From the NCBI GenBank assembly GCA_964606385.1, contig CAZSFZ010000002.1, positions 35,119-99,118 on the forward strand: DNA of 64,000 nucleotides, given 5' to 3'. The notes under the pieces were generated by a model. The model ran no database searches. It was not told where the DNA came from and saw only the letters and a program-made list of their open reading frames with translations. Position numbers and translations under genes: made by a program. This DNA comes from an uncultured bacterium. GTDB lineage: Bacteria; Omnitrophota; Omnitrophia; Omnitrophales; Aquincolibacteriaceae. Positions 28,428 through 38,543 of the stretch are shown here, piece after piece. How positions within the stretch are numbered: the first letter of the stretch is position 1; each line of letters begins with the position of its first letter.

Positions 28428-30520
28428 GACGCGAGAACCCTCTGGCAGTGTTCAAAAACTTCTTCCACGGAAATATGCTTGAGGCAGGCCAGGGTCTCTT
28501 TGGCCTTGCAAACGCCGTTGTAACACGGCTGGCACGGCAGATGATGCGAAAGCACATCGATCTTTTTTCCGGGCGGCACATGGCGCTTGGCGTCCGTCGG
28601 ACCAAAAAGCGCAACGATCGGGACGTTCATGGCGGCCGCCATATGAAGCGGCGCCGTATCCCCGGTCACGACCAGATGGAATTGTTTAAAAAATGCCGGT
28701 AATTCGTTCAGCTCGGTTTTGCCCATAAGGTCCAGGATCTTGCCGGTCCCGAAAGAATAAAAAGGCTGTCCCAGGTCGGCCTCCTCGGAAGAGCCGATCA
28801 GCACGATCCTCGCGTCATATTTTTCCAGAAGCCGTTTGGCCAAAGCGACAAAATGTTCCGACGGCCAGCGTTTGCTCGGCCAGTTCGGACTGGACCCCAT
28901 CACGAACCCGATGATCCGTGTAGATTCCTTCGGTTCAAGCGTCGCGATCATTTGTTTTGCTTTTTCAAGGTCCGCGGCCTTAGGCCAGAGTTCCAGGGCG
29001 TCATCGAATTTAACGACGCCGGCCTTGGACAGAACACGGAATTGATGGCGCAGGGGCGAATCACCGACCTCAAAGGTCCTGTCGGGCCGGTTCAGCAGAA
29101 AACCCCATTGCCCGCGTTCGAAACCGAAACGCTGGACCGCTCCCCCGAGATAAGCGAGGAGATGCGTCCATTTATTATTATGGAGATCGACGGACATATC
29201 GAAACCTTCACGGCGCACGCGGCGGGCGGTTTTCAGAAGATAAAAAAGATTCGAAAGTTTCTTCCGGTCCACCAGGATCATGTCATCCAGATACGGGCAG
29301 GATGAAACGATCGGCGCGAGTTTACGGTCCACCAGAAGCGTGATCGCCGCGTCCGGATAACGCTCCTTAAGCATCCGGAGGCTCGGCACGACCAGGATCA
29401 GGTCCCCCATCGCCCCCAGCTTGATCACCAGGATCCGCCGGCGTTTGCGGACTTCCTGATAAACGTCGAGCGTTTTCTTGACCATTTGCTCGAGGTTGAA
29501 CTGCTCCTCCACTTTTTTCCTCAATTTCACCGCAAACGATTTGGCCTTTTCCCGGTCCGTCAGAAGCTCGTACATGGCCTCCGCCATGGCGGGAATATTG
29601 CGCGGGGGGAACAAAAGCCCCGTCTCATGGTGCTCAATAATGTCCCGAACGCCACCCAGCCATGTCGCTACCACAGGCGTTCCCACCGCTCCCGCTTCAA
29701 TGACAACACGGCCGAAGGGCTCGGGGATCAGCGAGGAAAGAACCAACAGGTCGGATGCCGCCAAAAGGCCGGGAACGTCGCGGGTCGGGGGCAGGATCTT
29801 GACACAAGATTCAAGTCCAAATTGATGGACCGTTTTTTTCATCAGGTCTGTGTAACGGTGCCGACCGCGTCCTTCGGACCCTACGATCCAGACTTCAAAA
29901 TGGGAAAGCCGGCTTCGGAGCAGGTGCACGGCCTTAAGGAATTCCACCTGTCCTTTGCCGGCGGAAAATCTTCCCATCTGAAGGATCCGCATGGGACCTT
30001 TATGTTTTTCGAATTTTGCGAAGGAAAAGGTGAATTGAGAAAGGTCGACGCCCCGAGGGATCAGCCGGATGCGATCCGGCGGCACGTTGAATTCGTCGAT
30101 CATTCGCCGCCCGATCGCGTGTGAAGCCACGATCACGCGTTTGCCCCATCCCATGACATAACTCATGGGATGCACGGAATAGTGGCCGTGGCAGGTTGTG
30201 ATGAACGGAACGCCGGTCTTGCGTGCCGCAAGCCACCCGAGCCACGCCGGGACGCGGCTTCGCGCGTGAATGATATCCACACGCTCGCGCTGAATGATCT
30301 TCACGAGTTCTTCGACCAGAAAAAGTCCGGCCAATGATTTCTGATGAACGGGAAGCCCGTAATGAGGGATACCGATCTTTTGGAGCTCGGCCACGAGCGA
30401 CCCGCCGGATGAGACGACTACCGTCGCGTGGCCTTCCTTTTTCATGGCGCGCGCGAGGTCCACGACCCCGCGTTCGGTCCCGCCGAGTTCGAGTCCCGGC
30501 AAAAGCTGCATTACCTTCAT
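28424..30520 (-). CDS. Fused GT4 (group-1 glycosyltransferase) + GT9 heptosyltransferase-like protein
   Basis: The N-terminal ~370 aa form a GT4 fold (EPFGRVVIEAGAVGTPVVAT). The C-terminal ~330 aa are GT9 (ILVIKLGAMGDLILVVPSL...TGDTAPLHMAAAMNVP). Length is 698 aa. Confidence 0.8.
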   Translation of the reverse strand: MKVMQLLPGLELGGTERGVVDLARAMKKEGHATVVVSSGGSLVAELQKIGIPHYGLPVHQKSLAGLFLVEELVKIIQRERVDIIHARSRVPAWLGWLAARKTGVPFITTCHGHYSVHPMSYVMGWGKRVIVASHAIGRRMIDEFNVPPDRIRLIPRGVDLSQFTFSFAKFEKHKGPMRILQMGRFSAGKGQVEFLKAVHLLRSRLSHFEVWIVGSEGRGRHRYTDLMKKTVHQFGLESCVKILPPTRDVPGLLAASDLLVLSSLIPEPFGRVVIEAGAVGTPVVATWLGGVRDIIEHHETGLLFPPRNIPAMAEAMYELLTDREKAKSFAVKLRKKVEEQFNLEQMVKKTLDVYQEVRKRRRILVIKLGAMGDLILVVPSLRMLKERYPDAAITLLVDRKLAPIVSSCPYLDDMILVDRKKLSNLFYLLKTARRVRREGFDMSVDLHNNKWTHLLAYLGGAVQRFGFERGQWGFLLNRPDRTFEVGDSPLRHQFRVLSKAGVVKFDDALELWPKAADLEKAKQMIATLEPKESTRIIGFVMGSSPNWPSKRWPSEHFVALAKRLLEKYDARIVLIGSSEEADLGQPFYSFGTGKILDLMGKTELNELPAFFKQFHLVVTGDTAPLHMAAAMNVPIVALFGPTDAKRHVPPGKKIDVLSHHLPCQPCYNGVCKAKETLACLKHISVEEVFEHCQRVLAS

Positions 30521-32466
30521 ATCATGGCCCCCAACTTCTCAACCAATGCGCCTTTTTCGCGCTGAAGGACCGCCGTCGCGGGTTTTTTAACGAGTTCCGT
30601 GATATTCTTTTCCAAATCCGCCAAACCGCTCAAGGTCACGAGCCCGCGCTGCGCGAGGATCTGGTGAAAACGGTAATGTTTCGCGGGAAGGTCGCCTTCG
30701 CCGCAGCTTAGCACGATCACATGCTTCCCAGTCCCTACGGCTTCCGAGATCATAGCGAGACTGTCTTCCGTCACGATCAGAAGCTCCGCAAGCCCCATCA
30801 TGCCGCCCGCGGCGTAGGGCGGGTTTTCCTCGTTCGCCGCCACAAAAAATCTGCAGCCCGGATGCTGGACAAGTGTGTTTTTAAGAAAACGTTCCGCGGG
30901 CGCGGAGGTCCGGCGTGAAGTGGTGATCATGTAATCCCCCGCGTGAGTACTGACGCGCTTCAAAACCGAACAGAGTTTTTCCATATCAGAAACGGTCAGG
31001 TCATAACCCCGCGTGGCGCCGCCGATAAAGACCGCTATCTTCGGGCGCGCACTTTCCTCAAGCTTTGCGAGAAGTTCTTTCACATCCGATTCGCGGTCCA
31101 TGATTTTATAACCGCTTGGCATGATCACGCAGCGAAGCGTCCTCTTCGGTACTTTGCCTCCATCATGCGCCGGCACGATCGCAAGATCGTAGTGCGTCAG
31201 GGAGTAGGGAAAAGGCGGCTTCATGATGACGATCTTTTTGGCGCCGGTTTCTTTCGCGAGAAGCATCTGGATGGGCGCAAGGCCGGAACCCGCCGCGATC
31301 AGGTAGTCCGCGCTCACCGGCTCGATCGCCTGAAAAGTTTCCGCCGTCAGAAAGGGCTTGAGCCAGGAAAGTCGCCCCTGGATCCAGGGTTTCATCAAAA
31401 AAGCCAATCCGAAAAGAGCCATCCTGTGGAAAGCTGAACGGTATTCGACATGGATCCGTTCCGTCTCGAATTTAAGGCCGGGACGGCCGTGGAATTCCTT
31501 GAACTCCGAAAGCATCTCGGCCACAACTTCGGACTGCTTAAAATGGCCCGCCTTCCCGTCTGAAAGGATCACGATCTTCCGGTCCCAGGAATATTTCCAG
31601 CGTTTGTTCTCCCAGAGCCATTGATTCGGAAATTTGCGGATAAAACCTTCGAGCAATTCAATATATTGCCGGGCCTGGAACTCGATACGCGCTTGCGGCT
31701 CAAGGGAGGGGTCATCTTTCAGGACCTCCTCGGAATACACCTCATGCTCACGTCCTCCGGTCCTCACAATAAAGAACGGCATGATGAACGCGTCCGTCCG
31801 GTGCGCTAACTGGAAAGCCCCGATCGGGACCGTGGTTCTCCTCCCAAAGAACGGAAGGATGATCCCCTCGGTTTTTCCGGCCGATTGGTCGCCAAGCACC
31901 CCTACCATTTTTTTCTCCCGGAGCGCGCGGATCAGACCGCGGATACCCGCGCCGCGGCTGATCGAGACCGATCCGTGACTCTCGCGAAGTTCATTGATCA
32001 ATCCGTTAAGCTTGGGATATTTCTGATCGCGCGCCAGCACATAGATCGGTGTGCCGCGAAGCCCGGACCAGACCTGCAAAAGTTCCCAATTCCCGAAATG
32101 GGCGGTGAGAAGCACCCCGCCGTGCCCCGAACGCAGAAGCGCTTCATAGCGTTCCAGGTGGTGGATCTTGACATCGAGATCATGGTGCTTGCGTTTCATC
32201 TTCCTGAACGACATGATCTCTACCACATTTTGTCCCATGAACCCGAAGTGATCGCGCACGGCTTTCCATCGCTCGCGTGGCGTCAATTGGCTCCCAAGCG
32301 CCGCCTTCATGTTGATGTAAGCCACGCGGCGCTTCTTTGAAACATAGAAGATTCCGCGGCCCAAAAGATCACCGATCTTCAGTCCCGCGGAAAAGGGGAT
32401 GCGTTCAAAAATAAAAATGAGTATGTGGGCGACGGAACAAGCCGCCCGGTCAAGCAGGTCATTCAT
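30517..32466 (-). CDS. Fused LpxL/HtrB-family lipid A acyltransferase + DUF1022 (ELM1-like) domain protein
   Basis: The N-terminal ~300 aa carry the HFGNWE acyltransferase motif and PNQWLWENKRW. The C-terminal ~340 aa resemble DUF1022/ELM1 (GT-B-like). Length is 649 aa. Confidence 0.7.
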   Translation of the reverse strand: MNDLLDRAACSVAHILIFIFERIPFSAGLKIGDLLGRGIFYVSKKRRVAYINMKAALGSQLTPRERWKAVRDHFGFMGQNVVEIMSFRKMKRKHHDLDVKIHHLERYEALLRSGHGGVLLTAHFGNWELLQVWSGLRGTPIYVLARDQKYPKLNGLINELRESHGSVSISRGAGIRGLIRALREKKMVGVLGDQSAGKTEGIILPFFGRRTTVPIGAFQLAHRTDAFIMPFFIVRTGGREHEVYSEEVLKDDPSLEPQARIEFQARQYIELLEGFIRKFPNQWLWENKRWKYSWDRKIVILSDGKAGHFKQSEVVAEMLSEFKEFHGRPGLKFETERIHVEYRSAFHRMALFGLAFLMKPWIQGRLSWLKPFLTAETFQAIEPVSADYLIAAGSGLAPIQMLLAKETGAKKIVIMKPPFPYSLTHYDLAIVPAHDGGKVPKRTLRCVIMPSGYKIMDRESDVKELLAKLEESARPKIAVFIGGATRGYDLTVSDMEKLCSVLKRVSTHAGDYMITTSRRTSAPAERFLKNTLVQHPGCRFFVAANEENPPYAAGGMMGLAELLIVTEDSLAMISEAVGTGKHVIVLSCGEGDLPAKHYRFHQILAQRGLVTLSGLADLEKNITELVKKPATAVLQREKGALVEKLGAMI

Positions 32467-33515
32467 CAGTTCTTGACTCCCAAGAGACGGAACAGCCGGT
32501 CCGTCAGGATCTCCTCCCCCGACACGACCTTGAGGCGCGCGGCCAGGACGAGAGGGTTAAGCGTTTCCGCGATAAGCTGGCGGGAACGGTAAAAATCCTT
32601 TTCCGTCGTGATGATCTCTTCCGCGCCAGCGGATTGCGCGACTTCCTTGACCTTCAGAAGTTCTTCTTTGGTGTATTCATGATGGTCCAGGAATTCAAAG
32701 TTCCGGACCGTTTTGAGCTGGTAACGCTGCAGGACGAGCTGGAAAGACCGTGGCGTTCCGACCGCCGCAAAGGAGGCGACGCGCCGGCCGTTCATTTTTT
32801 CGATCGCCATCCGGACCTTGGTCTTCGCGCGATAGAGGAAAAGCACCTCCATCATGGTCTCGATGATCCTGGCCTGGGGCGCCAGCGCGGCGATCTTTTC
32901 TTTGAGCTTTTTAAGCTCTTCCGGGGTCACCAGGTTCACATGGGTAAGCACAATGATGGCCGCGCGGTTTAAAACGCCGAGCGGTTCGCGCAGAATGCCT
33001 CGAGGGATAAGCTTTCCGTTCCCAAAAGGATTGAGCGAGTTGATGACGATGATATCCACATCGCGGTGAAGGACCTGGTGCTGAAGACCGTCATCCAGGA
33101 TGGCGATGTCCACGTGCCTTTTTTCTTCTTTGACGCGCTGGGCGACTTTCGCGCGGTCTTTTCCGACCCCGATCACCGCGGCTGGAAGATGATTCTGGAG
33201 TTCTAGGGCTTCGTCATGACTGTAACCGCGCGTAAGGACCAGAGGAACACGCCGGTGCATGCCGATCTTGCGCGCCAGGTACTCCACAAAAGGGGTTTTG
33301 CCGGTCCCGCCCCAGGTCAGATTCCCGACACTGATCACGGGATAAGGAAGATGTTTTCGCTTCAGGACCTTTTTTTCATAGAGCCTGCGGAACGTCTGGA
33401 CTCCGAGCCCGTAACCCCATGCCGCGAACGAAAGAAAGCCCGAAAGCACGCCGCCCGTCGGGTCATTTTGCTTGTCCTCCGCCAAGAGACGGAAGTAATT
33501 CTTCATGCTGTCCAT
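32466..33515 (-). CDS. lpxK: Tetraacyldisaccharide 4'-kinase
   Basis: VISVGNLTWGGTGKTPFVEYLARK is the LpxK P-loop. Length is 349 aa. Confidence 0.85.
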   Translation of the reverse strand: MDSMKNYFRLLAEDKQNDPTGGVLSGFLSFAAWGYGLGVQTFRRLYEKKVLKRKHLPYPVISVGNLTWGGTGKTPFVEYLARKIGMHRRVPLVLTRGYSHDEALELQNHLPAAVIGVGKDRAKVAQRVKEEKRHVDIAILDDGLQHQVLHRDVDIIVINSLNPFGNGKLIPRGILREPLGVLNRAAIIVLTHVNLVTPEELKKLKEKIAALAPQARIIETMMEVLFLYRAKTKVRMAIEKMNGRRVASFAAVGTPRSFQLVLQRYQLKTVRNFEFLDHHEYTKEELLKVKEVAQSAGAEEIITTEKDFYRSRQLIAETLNPLVLAARLKVVSGEEILTDRLFRLLGVKN

Positions 33516-34857
33516 TGCCTAAAATCCTTTCTTGGGTACGCCGGCCCTTCAGGAACGTCAGGATCCACCCGGCCTGACGTTTGCTGGCACCCCGTAAACG
33601 GTTAACGATCTGAAAAGCTTTTTGCCCCATCGTACAACGCTTGCCCTCATTCGCGAGGAGCTCTGCCGCCGCGGACGACAATTCGTCCGGGGCCGAGATC
33701 CTGAGAGCGCCGCCGTCATGATCGAGCTGGTGGTAGATCTTGTGAAAGTTAAAAACGTGCGGTCCATGGATGACCGCCTTGCTGAAACGCGCGGGCTCGA
33801 TCGGGTTCTGACCCCCGTGAGGGATCAGGCTCCCGCCCATGAACACGAGATCCGCGATTCCGTACAGATTTTTGAGAACTCCCAACTGGTCCAGGATCTG
33901 CACCTGAGGGGCGATCCATTGTCCCTCCGGCCCGGAACCTTCTTGCTTCTTTGATGATGATAAGACCATACTGAAACCGAATTTTTCTAATTGCCTCAAA
34001 AGACCTTCCGAGCGTTCAATGTGGCGCGGCGCGAGGACCAGCTTGAGAGCCGGGAACCGCTCACGCAGTATTTTGAAGGATGTCAGAAGCGCTTCTTCTT
34101 CTCCCGGATGCGTGCTGCCCGCGATCCACACGATATCTTCCGGCGCATAGCCCCAGGCCTGCCGTAATTCCGCGGGATGGACCGCGTTGTCTCCCAGCCA
34201 TTCCGCTTGGTCGAACTTCATGTTCCCCATATCCCGCACGGATTCCGCGGTGATGCCCAATTGGCGGAAGCGGTCCGCGTCGTCCGGGGATTGCGCCAGC
34301 ACAAAATCAAGCTTCCCCCAGAGCGGCGTGAAAAGCCAAGGGAAAACCCGGTACCGCTTGAAGGAACGTTGGGACAACCGGGCATTGATCACGCCAACCG
34401 GGATATCCCTTCGTTTGGCTTCCGTCAAAAGGTTCGGCCAGATCTCGGTTTCGACCAGCAAAAGACAGACCGGCTGGAAGAGATCCAAAAAGCGTTTGAC
34501 CACGGCGGTCAGATCGAACGGAAAATAACAGACATGGACCCGTTCCCCCGCGAACTTTTTCGCGATCCTCTGGCCCGTGGGTGTCACCGTCGTGAGTAAT
34601 AGATCGAATTCCGGCGCCGAAGCCAGCCACTCCTGGATGAATTTCTCGACCGCCATCACTTCCCCAACGCTCACGGCATGAAGCCAGATTATTTTTTTAC
34701 CTTTAAATTTCCCAGCCCAATCCTTCGGAAAAATCCCGCGGCGCTCACGCCAAAGCGCGGAGGGATCTTCGGCCTGACGAAGCTTCATTAGGAAGATGGG
34801 CGCATAAAAGATCCCGAAAACGATAAACGCCAAATTATAGAGAATATTTCTGATCAT
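33463..34857 (-). CDS. waaA: 3-deoxy-D-manno-octulosonic acid (Kdo) transferase
   Basis: An N-terminal TM helix is followed by WLHAVSVGEVMAV. The GT30 C-terminus has GGSLIPHGGQNPIEPA. Length is 464 aa. Confidence 0.85.
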   Translation of the reverse strand: MIRNILYNLAFIVFGIFYAPIFLMKLRQAEDPSALWRERRGIFPKDWAGKFKGKKIIWLHAVSVGEVMAVEKFIQEWLASAPEFDLLLTTVTPTGQRIAKKFAGERVHVCYFPFDLTAVVKRFLDLFQPVCLLLVETEIWPNLLTEAKRRDIPVGVINARLSQRSFKRYRVFPWLFTPLWGKLDFVLAQSPDDADRFRQLGITAESVRDMGNMKFDQAEWLGDNAVHPAELRQAWGYAPEDIVWIAGSTHPGEEEALLTSFKILRERFPALKLVLAPRHIERSEGLLRQLEKFGFSMVLSSSKKQEGSGPEGQWIAPQVQILDQLGVLKNLYGIADLVFMGGSLIPHGGQNPIEPARFSKAVIHGPHVFNFHKIYHQLDHDGGALRISAPDELSSAAAELLANEGKRCTMGQKAFQIVNRLRGASKRQAGWILTFLKGRRTQERILGNGQHEELLPSLGGGQAK

Positions 34858-34903
34858 TTTCTGTCTTCTTTTAAGATTTCCAATTTAAATTCAAAATAAA
34901 ATC

Positions 34904-35782
34904 TCACGCCCTCGGATGCGCCGCCGCGTAAGCATCCTTCAAGCGCTGGGTCGTCACGTGCGTGTAGATCTGTGTGGTCGAAAGATTCGCGTGCCCCAAA
35001 AGCTCCTGAACACTCCGAAGGTCCGCCCCGCGATCCAGCATGTGCGTCGCGAACGAATGGCGGAACGTGTGAGGCGAGATCTCTTTCCCGAGCCCCGTCC
35101 GTTTCACATATTTCAGGATCATCCTCCGGACGCTCCGGTCCGTGAGACGGCTCCCGATCCGGCTGATGAACAAAGGTTTCTTGATCGCGTTCGCGGCTTC
35201 GCGCGGAGCCTTCATGTCCAGGTAAGCGCGCAAAACGTTCAGAGCCGTTTGTCCCACGGGCACGATCCGTTCCTTTTTCCCTTTACCTCGCACCCGGACA
35301 AGCCCCTGAAAAAAATCGAGATCATCATGATTGAGCCCCGCGAGTTCGCTCACGCGAAGACCGGAGCTATAGAGCATCTCGAGGATCGCCTTGTCGCGCT
35401 TCTCCTCCCAATTGTTTCTGGAGGGGGCTTCCAGAAGTTTCGTGATTTCATCGGGATTCATGAACGAAGGAAGTTTCTTTTCCTTCTTGGGGGTCGCAAT
35501 CCCCGCCGCGGGGTTCTGCGTCAGGATGTTTTCTCGCACCAGGTATTTGAAGAATGAACGGAGGCAGGCGAGTTTGCGGGAAATGGAGCTTTTGCTGTAA
35601 TCTCGGGTCTTCAAGAACGCCAAAAAAGAGCGGATGTCTAGGTACGTCAGGTCCTTGAAATCCTTTTCGGCGATGAATTTCCCGAATTCCCGGAGGTCGA
35701 TCCCGTAGTTCTTGACCGTGTGCTCGGAAGCGCCCTTTTCGGTCGCGAGAAAACCCAGGAAGTCTTCGACGTTTTTACTCAT
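34904..35782 (-). CDS. Tyrosine recombinase XerC/XerD family
   Basis: The C-terminal catalytic region reads HTFRHSFATHMLDRGADLRSVQELLGHANLSTTQIYTHV. Length is 292 aa. Confidence 0.85.
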   Translation of the reverse strand: MSKNVEDFLGFLATEKGASEHTVKNYGIDLREFGKFIAEKDFKDLTYLDIRSFLAFLKTRDYSKSSISRKLACLRSFFKYLVRENILTQNPAAGIATPKKEKKLPSFMNPDEITKLLEAPSRNNWEEKRDKAILEMLYSSGLRVSELAGLNHDDLDFFQGLVRVRGKGKKERIVPVGQTALNVLRAYLDMKAPREAANAIKKPLFISRIGSRLTDRSVRRMILKYVKRTGLGKEISPHTFRHSFATHMLDRGADLRSVQELLGHANLSTTQIYTHVTTQRLKDAYAAAHPRA

Positions 35783-35792
35783 GGTCTGCGGC

Positions 35793-37907
35793 TCAAGGAG
35801 CTTCAGAGGCTTCGACGTCGTCTTCTTTTTTCGGCAGTTCGTTCACCACATACGTGCACTTCGGGTAGTTCGAACAGCCGTAAAAAGCCCGGCGTCCTTT
35901 CGCGCGGCGCTTGACCAGTTCCCCGCCGCAGCCCGGCACGGAACAAAAGAAGCCGGTCGGAATGGAACGCGTGTATTTGCATTCCGGAAAACCGGAGCAC
36001 GCCATGAACTTGCCGAATCGTCCGAACTTGATCATGACCTGCTTGCCGCACAACGCGCACTTGAGCTCCGTGGGGATCGGGGCCTGTTTCACGCTCTTCA
36101 TCTCGGTCTGCGCGCGCACCAGAAGCTCTCCGAAAGGCGCGTAAAAATCTTTCAGCACTTTCACCCACTCCATCTTTCCTTCTTCGATCTCATCAAGCTC
36201 TTCTTCCATAAGCGCCGTAAACTCGGTGTCCAGGATCGTCGGAAAATGTTTGACCAGAATATCCACGACCGTTTCTCCGAGCTCGGTCGGCATGAGCGCG
36301 CCGCCTTTGCGTTCGGCATACACGCGGCTCAGGATGGTCGAGATCGTCGGGGCGTAGGTGCTCGGCCGGCCGATGCCTTTTTCTTCGAGCAGTTTGATCA
36401 AGCTGGCGTCGTTGAAACGCGGCGGCGGTTTCGTGAAATGCTGTTCGCCCGCGAGTTCGTGAAGCTTGAGAGCCTGTCCGGCTTTAAGGTCCGGAAGCTC
36501 TGCCGCCTCGGGCGCTTCTTCCTCTTCATTCTCCTTGCTATTATCTTTTTCCGTCTTGATCTCGCCGAAGGCGGCCGTAAATCCCAGGAAAAGGCTTTTT
36601 TTGCCGGTCGTTCGGAATTCGTATTTCTCGCCCGCGTGGATCGCGATAGCTGTGTGTTCGTCGATGGCCGGCGTCATCTGGGACGCCAGGAATTTTCTCC
36701 AGATCAGCTCATAAACCTTGAGCTCATCACTTTCGAGGAATTGCCGCACGGACTCCGGAGTACGGAAAGCCGAGGTCGGACGGACCGCTTCATGGGCCTC
36801 CTGCGCGCCTTTCCGGGATTTATAGACGGGCGGTTTTTCGGGGAGGTAATCTTTGCCGAATTTTTCGAGAATATAGCGGGAGGCCTCTTCCTGCGCGCTC
36901 GCAGCGATGTTCACCGAATCGGTTCTCATGTAGGTGATCAGACCGACGCTTCCTTCCTCACCGAGCTCAACACCTTCGTAAAGTTTCTGCGCGATGCGCA
37001 TCGTGTTCGCGGCCGAAAACCCGAGCCGGCTGTACGCTTCCTGTTGAAGTTTGCTCGTGGTATAAGGCGCCTGGGGCTTGCGGCGCTTTTCGGTCTTATC
37101 CACCGTCGCGACCTTAAAGGGGAGCTGTTCCAGTTCCTTTTTGGTTTTTTCCGTTTCTTCTAAATTTTTCAGTTCCGGCTTGGTTTTATCGATCTGGACC
37201 AATCGGGAGAGAAAGATCCTGGAGGCGTCAGGGCCTTCGGAAGCAGAAAGCTTCGCGTCGATCGTCCAATATTCCTGGGAAACGAACTTTCGGATCTCGC
37301 GCTCGCGGTCCACGACGAACCTCAAGGCCACCGACTGCACGCGGCCCGCGCTCAAGCCGCGGCCCACGTTCTTCCAAAGAAGCGGACTCAGTTGATACCC
37401 GACCACGCGGTCCAGAACGCGGCGCGCCTGCTGGGCGTTCACAAGGTTCATATCGATGGCGCGCGGATGATCAAAAGCTTTCAGCACCGCGGACTGGGTG
37501 ATCTCGTTGAATTCCACACGGAGGATCTTCGGCCCGTGGCCTTCCTCGGAAAAAATATGCGCCAAGTGCCAGCTGATGGCTTCCCCTTCACGGTCCGGAT
37601 CGGGGGCCACATAGATCGTTTCTTTTTCCTTGGCGTCTTGTTTGAGCTGTTTGACCGTCTTGGTCGCCCGGCGGATGATGATGTACTCGGGCGCGAAATC
37701 ATGTTCCAGGTCCACCCCCATCCGGCTCTTCGGAAGGTCCCGGACGTGGCCCATGGACGCCACGACCTGAAAGTCGCGGCCGAGGAACTTATTGATGGTT
37801 TTAGCCTTGGCGGGTGATTCTACGATCACCAAGTACTTAGGACCCTTCGAGGTTTTGGATGCTTTTTCCGCCTTTGAGGATTTCACACTCTTCTTTGCTT
37901 TGACCAC
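35793..37907 (-). CDS. topA: DNA topoisomerase I
   Basis: The Toprim N-terminus reads YLVIVESPAKAKTI and C-terminal Zn ribbons are present. It has a GTG start at 37907 with an AGGGAGG SD 5 nt upstream. Length is 704 aa. Confidence 0.9.
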   Translation of the reverse strand: MVKAKKSVKSSKAEKASKTSKGPKYLVIVESPAKAKTINKFLGRDFQVVASMGHVRDLPKSRMGVDLEHDFAPEYIIIRRATKTVKQLKQDAKEKETIYVAPDPDREGEAISWHLAHIFSEEGHGPKILRVEFNEITQSAVLKAFDHPRAIDMNLVNAQQARRVLDRVVGYQLSPLLWKNVGRGLSAGRVQSVALRFVVDREREIRKFVSQEYWTIDAKLSASEGPDASRIFLSRLVQIDKTKPELKNLEETEKTKKELEQLPFKVATVDKTEKRRKPQAPYTTSKLQQEAYSRLGFSAANTMRIAQKLYEGVELGEEGSVGLITYMRTDSVNIAASAQEEASRYILEKFGKDYLPEKPPVYKSRKGAQEAHEAVRPTSAFRTPESVRQFLESDELKVYELIWRKFLASQMTPAIDEHTAIAIHAGEKYEFRTTGKKSLFLGFTAAFGEIKTEKDNSKENEEEEAPEAAELPDLKAGQALKLHELAGEQHFTKPPPRFNDASLIKLLEEKGIGRPSTYAPTISTILSRVYAERKGGALMPTELGETVVDILVKHFPTILDTEFTALMEEELDEIEEGKMEWVKVLKDFYAPFGELLVRAQTEMKSVKQAPIPTELKCALCGKQVMIKFGRFGKFMACSGFPECKYTRSIPTGFFCSVPGCGGELVKRRAKGRRAFYGCSNYPKCTYVVNELPKKEDDVEASEAP

Positions 37908-37960
37908 AAGGCCTCCCTACGGATTAAAGACAAGGTCTGGACTATGTAAATTGAGGGTGA

Positions 37961-37989
37961 ATTCTAAACAAAATGAAGGGGATTGTAAA
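37961..37989 (-). promoter_or_regulatory. Candidate sigma70 promoter for topA (TTTACA-17-TAGAAT)
   Basis: The minus-strand -35 lies at 37984-37989 and the -10 at 37961-37966. They are ~55 nt upstream of the topA GTG. Confidence 0.5.
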
Positions 37990-38033
37990 CGGCAAGTTTA
38001 TCGGACGCTTGTAACTCTAGGGCCCAAAACAGA

Positions 38034-38429
38034 TTATGAGATCTGGTCCCAGGGATCCCCTTTAGGCTTCGCGCCGGCAGGCGGGCTTTTTTTGACATTC
38101 CCGTGAGGGAGCTTGTAGAGGGATTCCAGCTCCATGATCTGGGAATCACGCACCGCTTCCTTCTCGACCCGGCGGACCAAGCGCTTTAAAGCGCCGACGC
38201 GCATGCCGAATTTCTCGATACAAAGCGTGGTCAGCAAACGCGCCAGGATGTTCATGTGGACCTCAAGGTCGGTTAACCGTTCATCCACCCTTTCTCCCTC
38301 TTCGTTGGCTTTACTTACGTCCTTTTTGAGCTCTGCCAGTTTTGTATAGAGGGAAAGGACCTCCTTAAACACCCCGGCTGTTTTATGAGCCCCAGTCCTT
38401 TTGTTTTTAGCGCGCTTCCTCTTGGGCAT
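38034..38429 (-). CDS. Hypothetical small basic coiled-coil protein (131 aa)
   Basis: The ORF has an AGGTGG SD 6 nt upstream of ATG 38429. The N-terminus is MPKRKRAKNKRTGAHK and the rest is helical/coiled-coil. I recognise no family. Confidence 0.45.
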   Translation of the reverse strand: MPKRKRAKNKRTGAHKTAGVFKEVLSLYTKLAELKKDVSKANEEGERVDERLTDLEVHMNILARLLTTLCIEKFGMRVGALKRLVRRVEKEAVRDSQIMELESLYKLPHGNVKKSPPAGAKPKGDPWDQIS

Positions 38430-38449
38430 TTTCACCACCTTTCGATTCA

Positions 38450-38478
38450 AGTCTAACACACAAAACCGTCCTTGGGAA
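38450..38478 (-). promoter_or_regulatory. Weak candidate promoter (TTCCCA-17-TGTTAGACT) for the small hypothetical gene
   Basis: An extended -10-like TGnTAGACT lies at 38450-38458 and a -35-like element at 38473-38478, immediately downstream of the terminator. Confidence 0.3.
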
Positions 38479-38484
38479 AAGGCC

Positions 38485-38522
38485 AAAAAAAAGGGGCAAG
38501 CGATTTAACGCTTGCCCCTTTT
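38485..38522 (-). terminator. Rho-independent terminator after the RDD gene (bidirectional hairpin)
   Basis: The stem ggggcaagcg/cgcttgcccc (10 bp, 6-nt loop) is followed on the minus strand by 8 U. On the plus strand 4 T follow. Confidence 0.6.
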
Positions 38523-38543
38523 CCAGTAAAAACCAGGTTTTAA

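Noticed and set aside
37908-38033. 126-bp topA upstream spacer and other spacers (22652-22787, 51366-51493) checked for tRNA or other structured RNA genes
   Set aside because: No cloverleaf-compatible segments or GTTCRANYC T-loop-like boxes were found. The content is explained by promoters, SDs and short hairpins.
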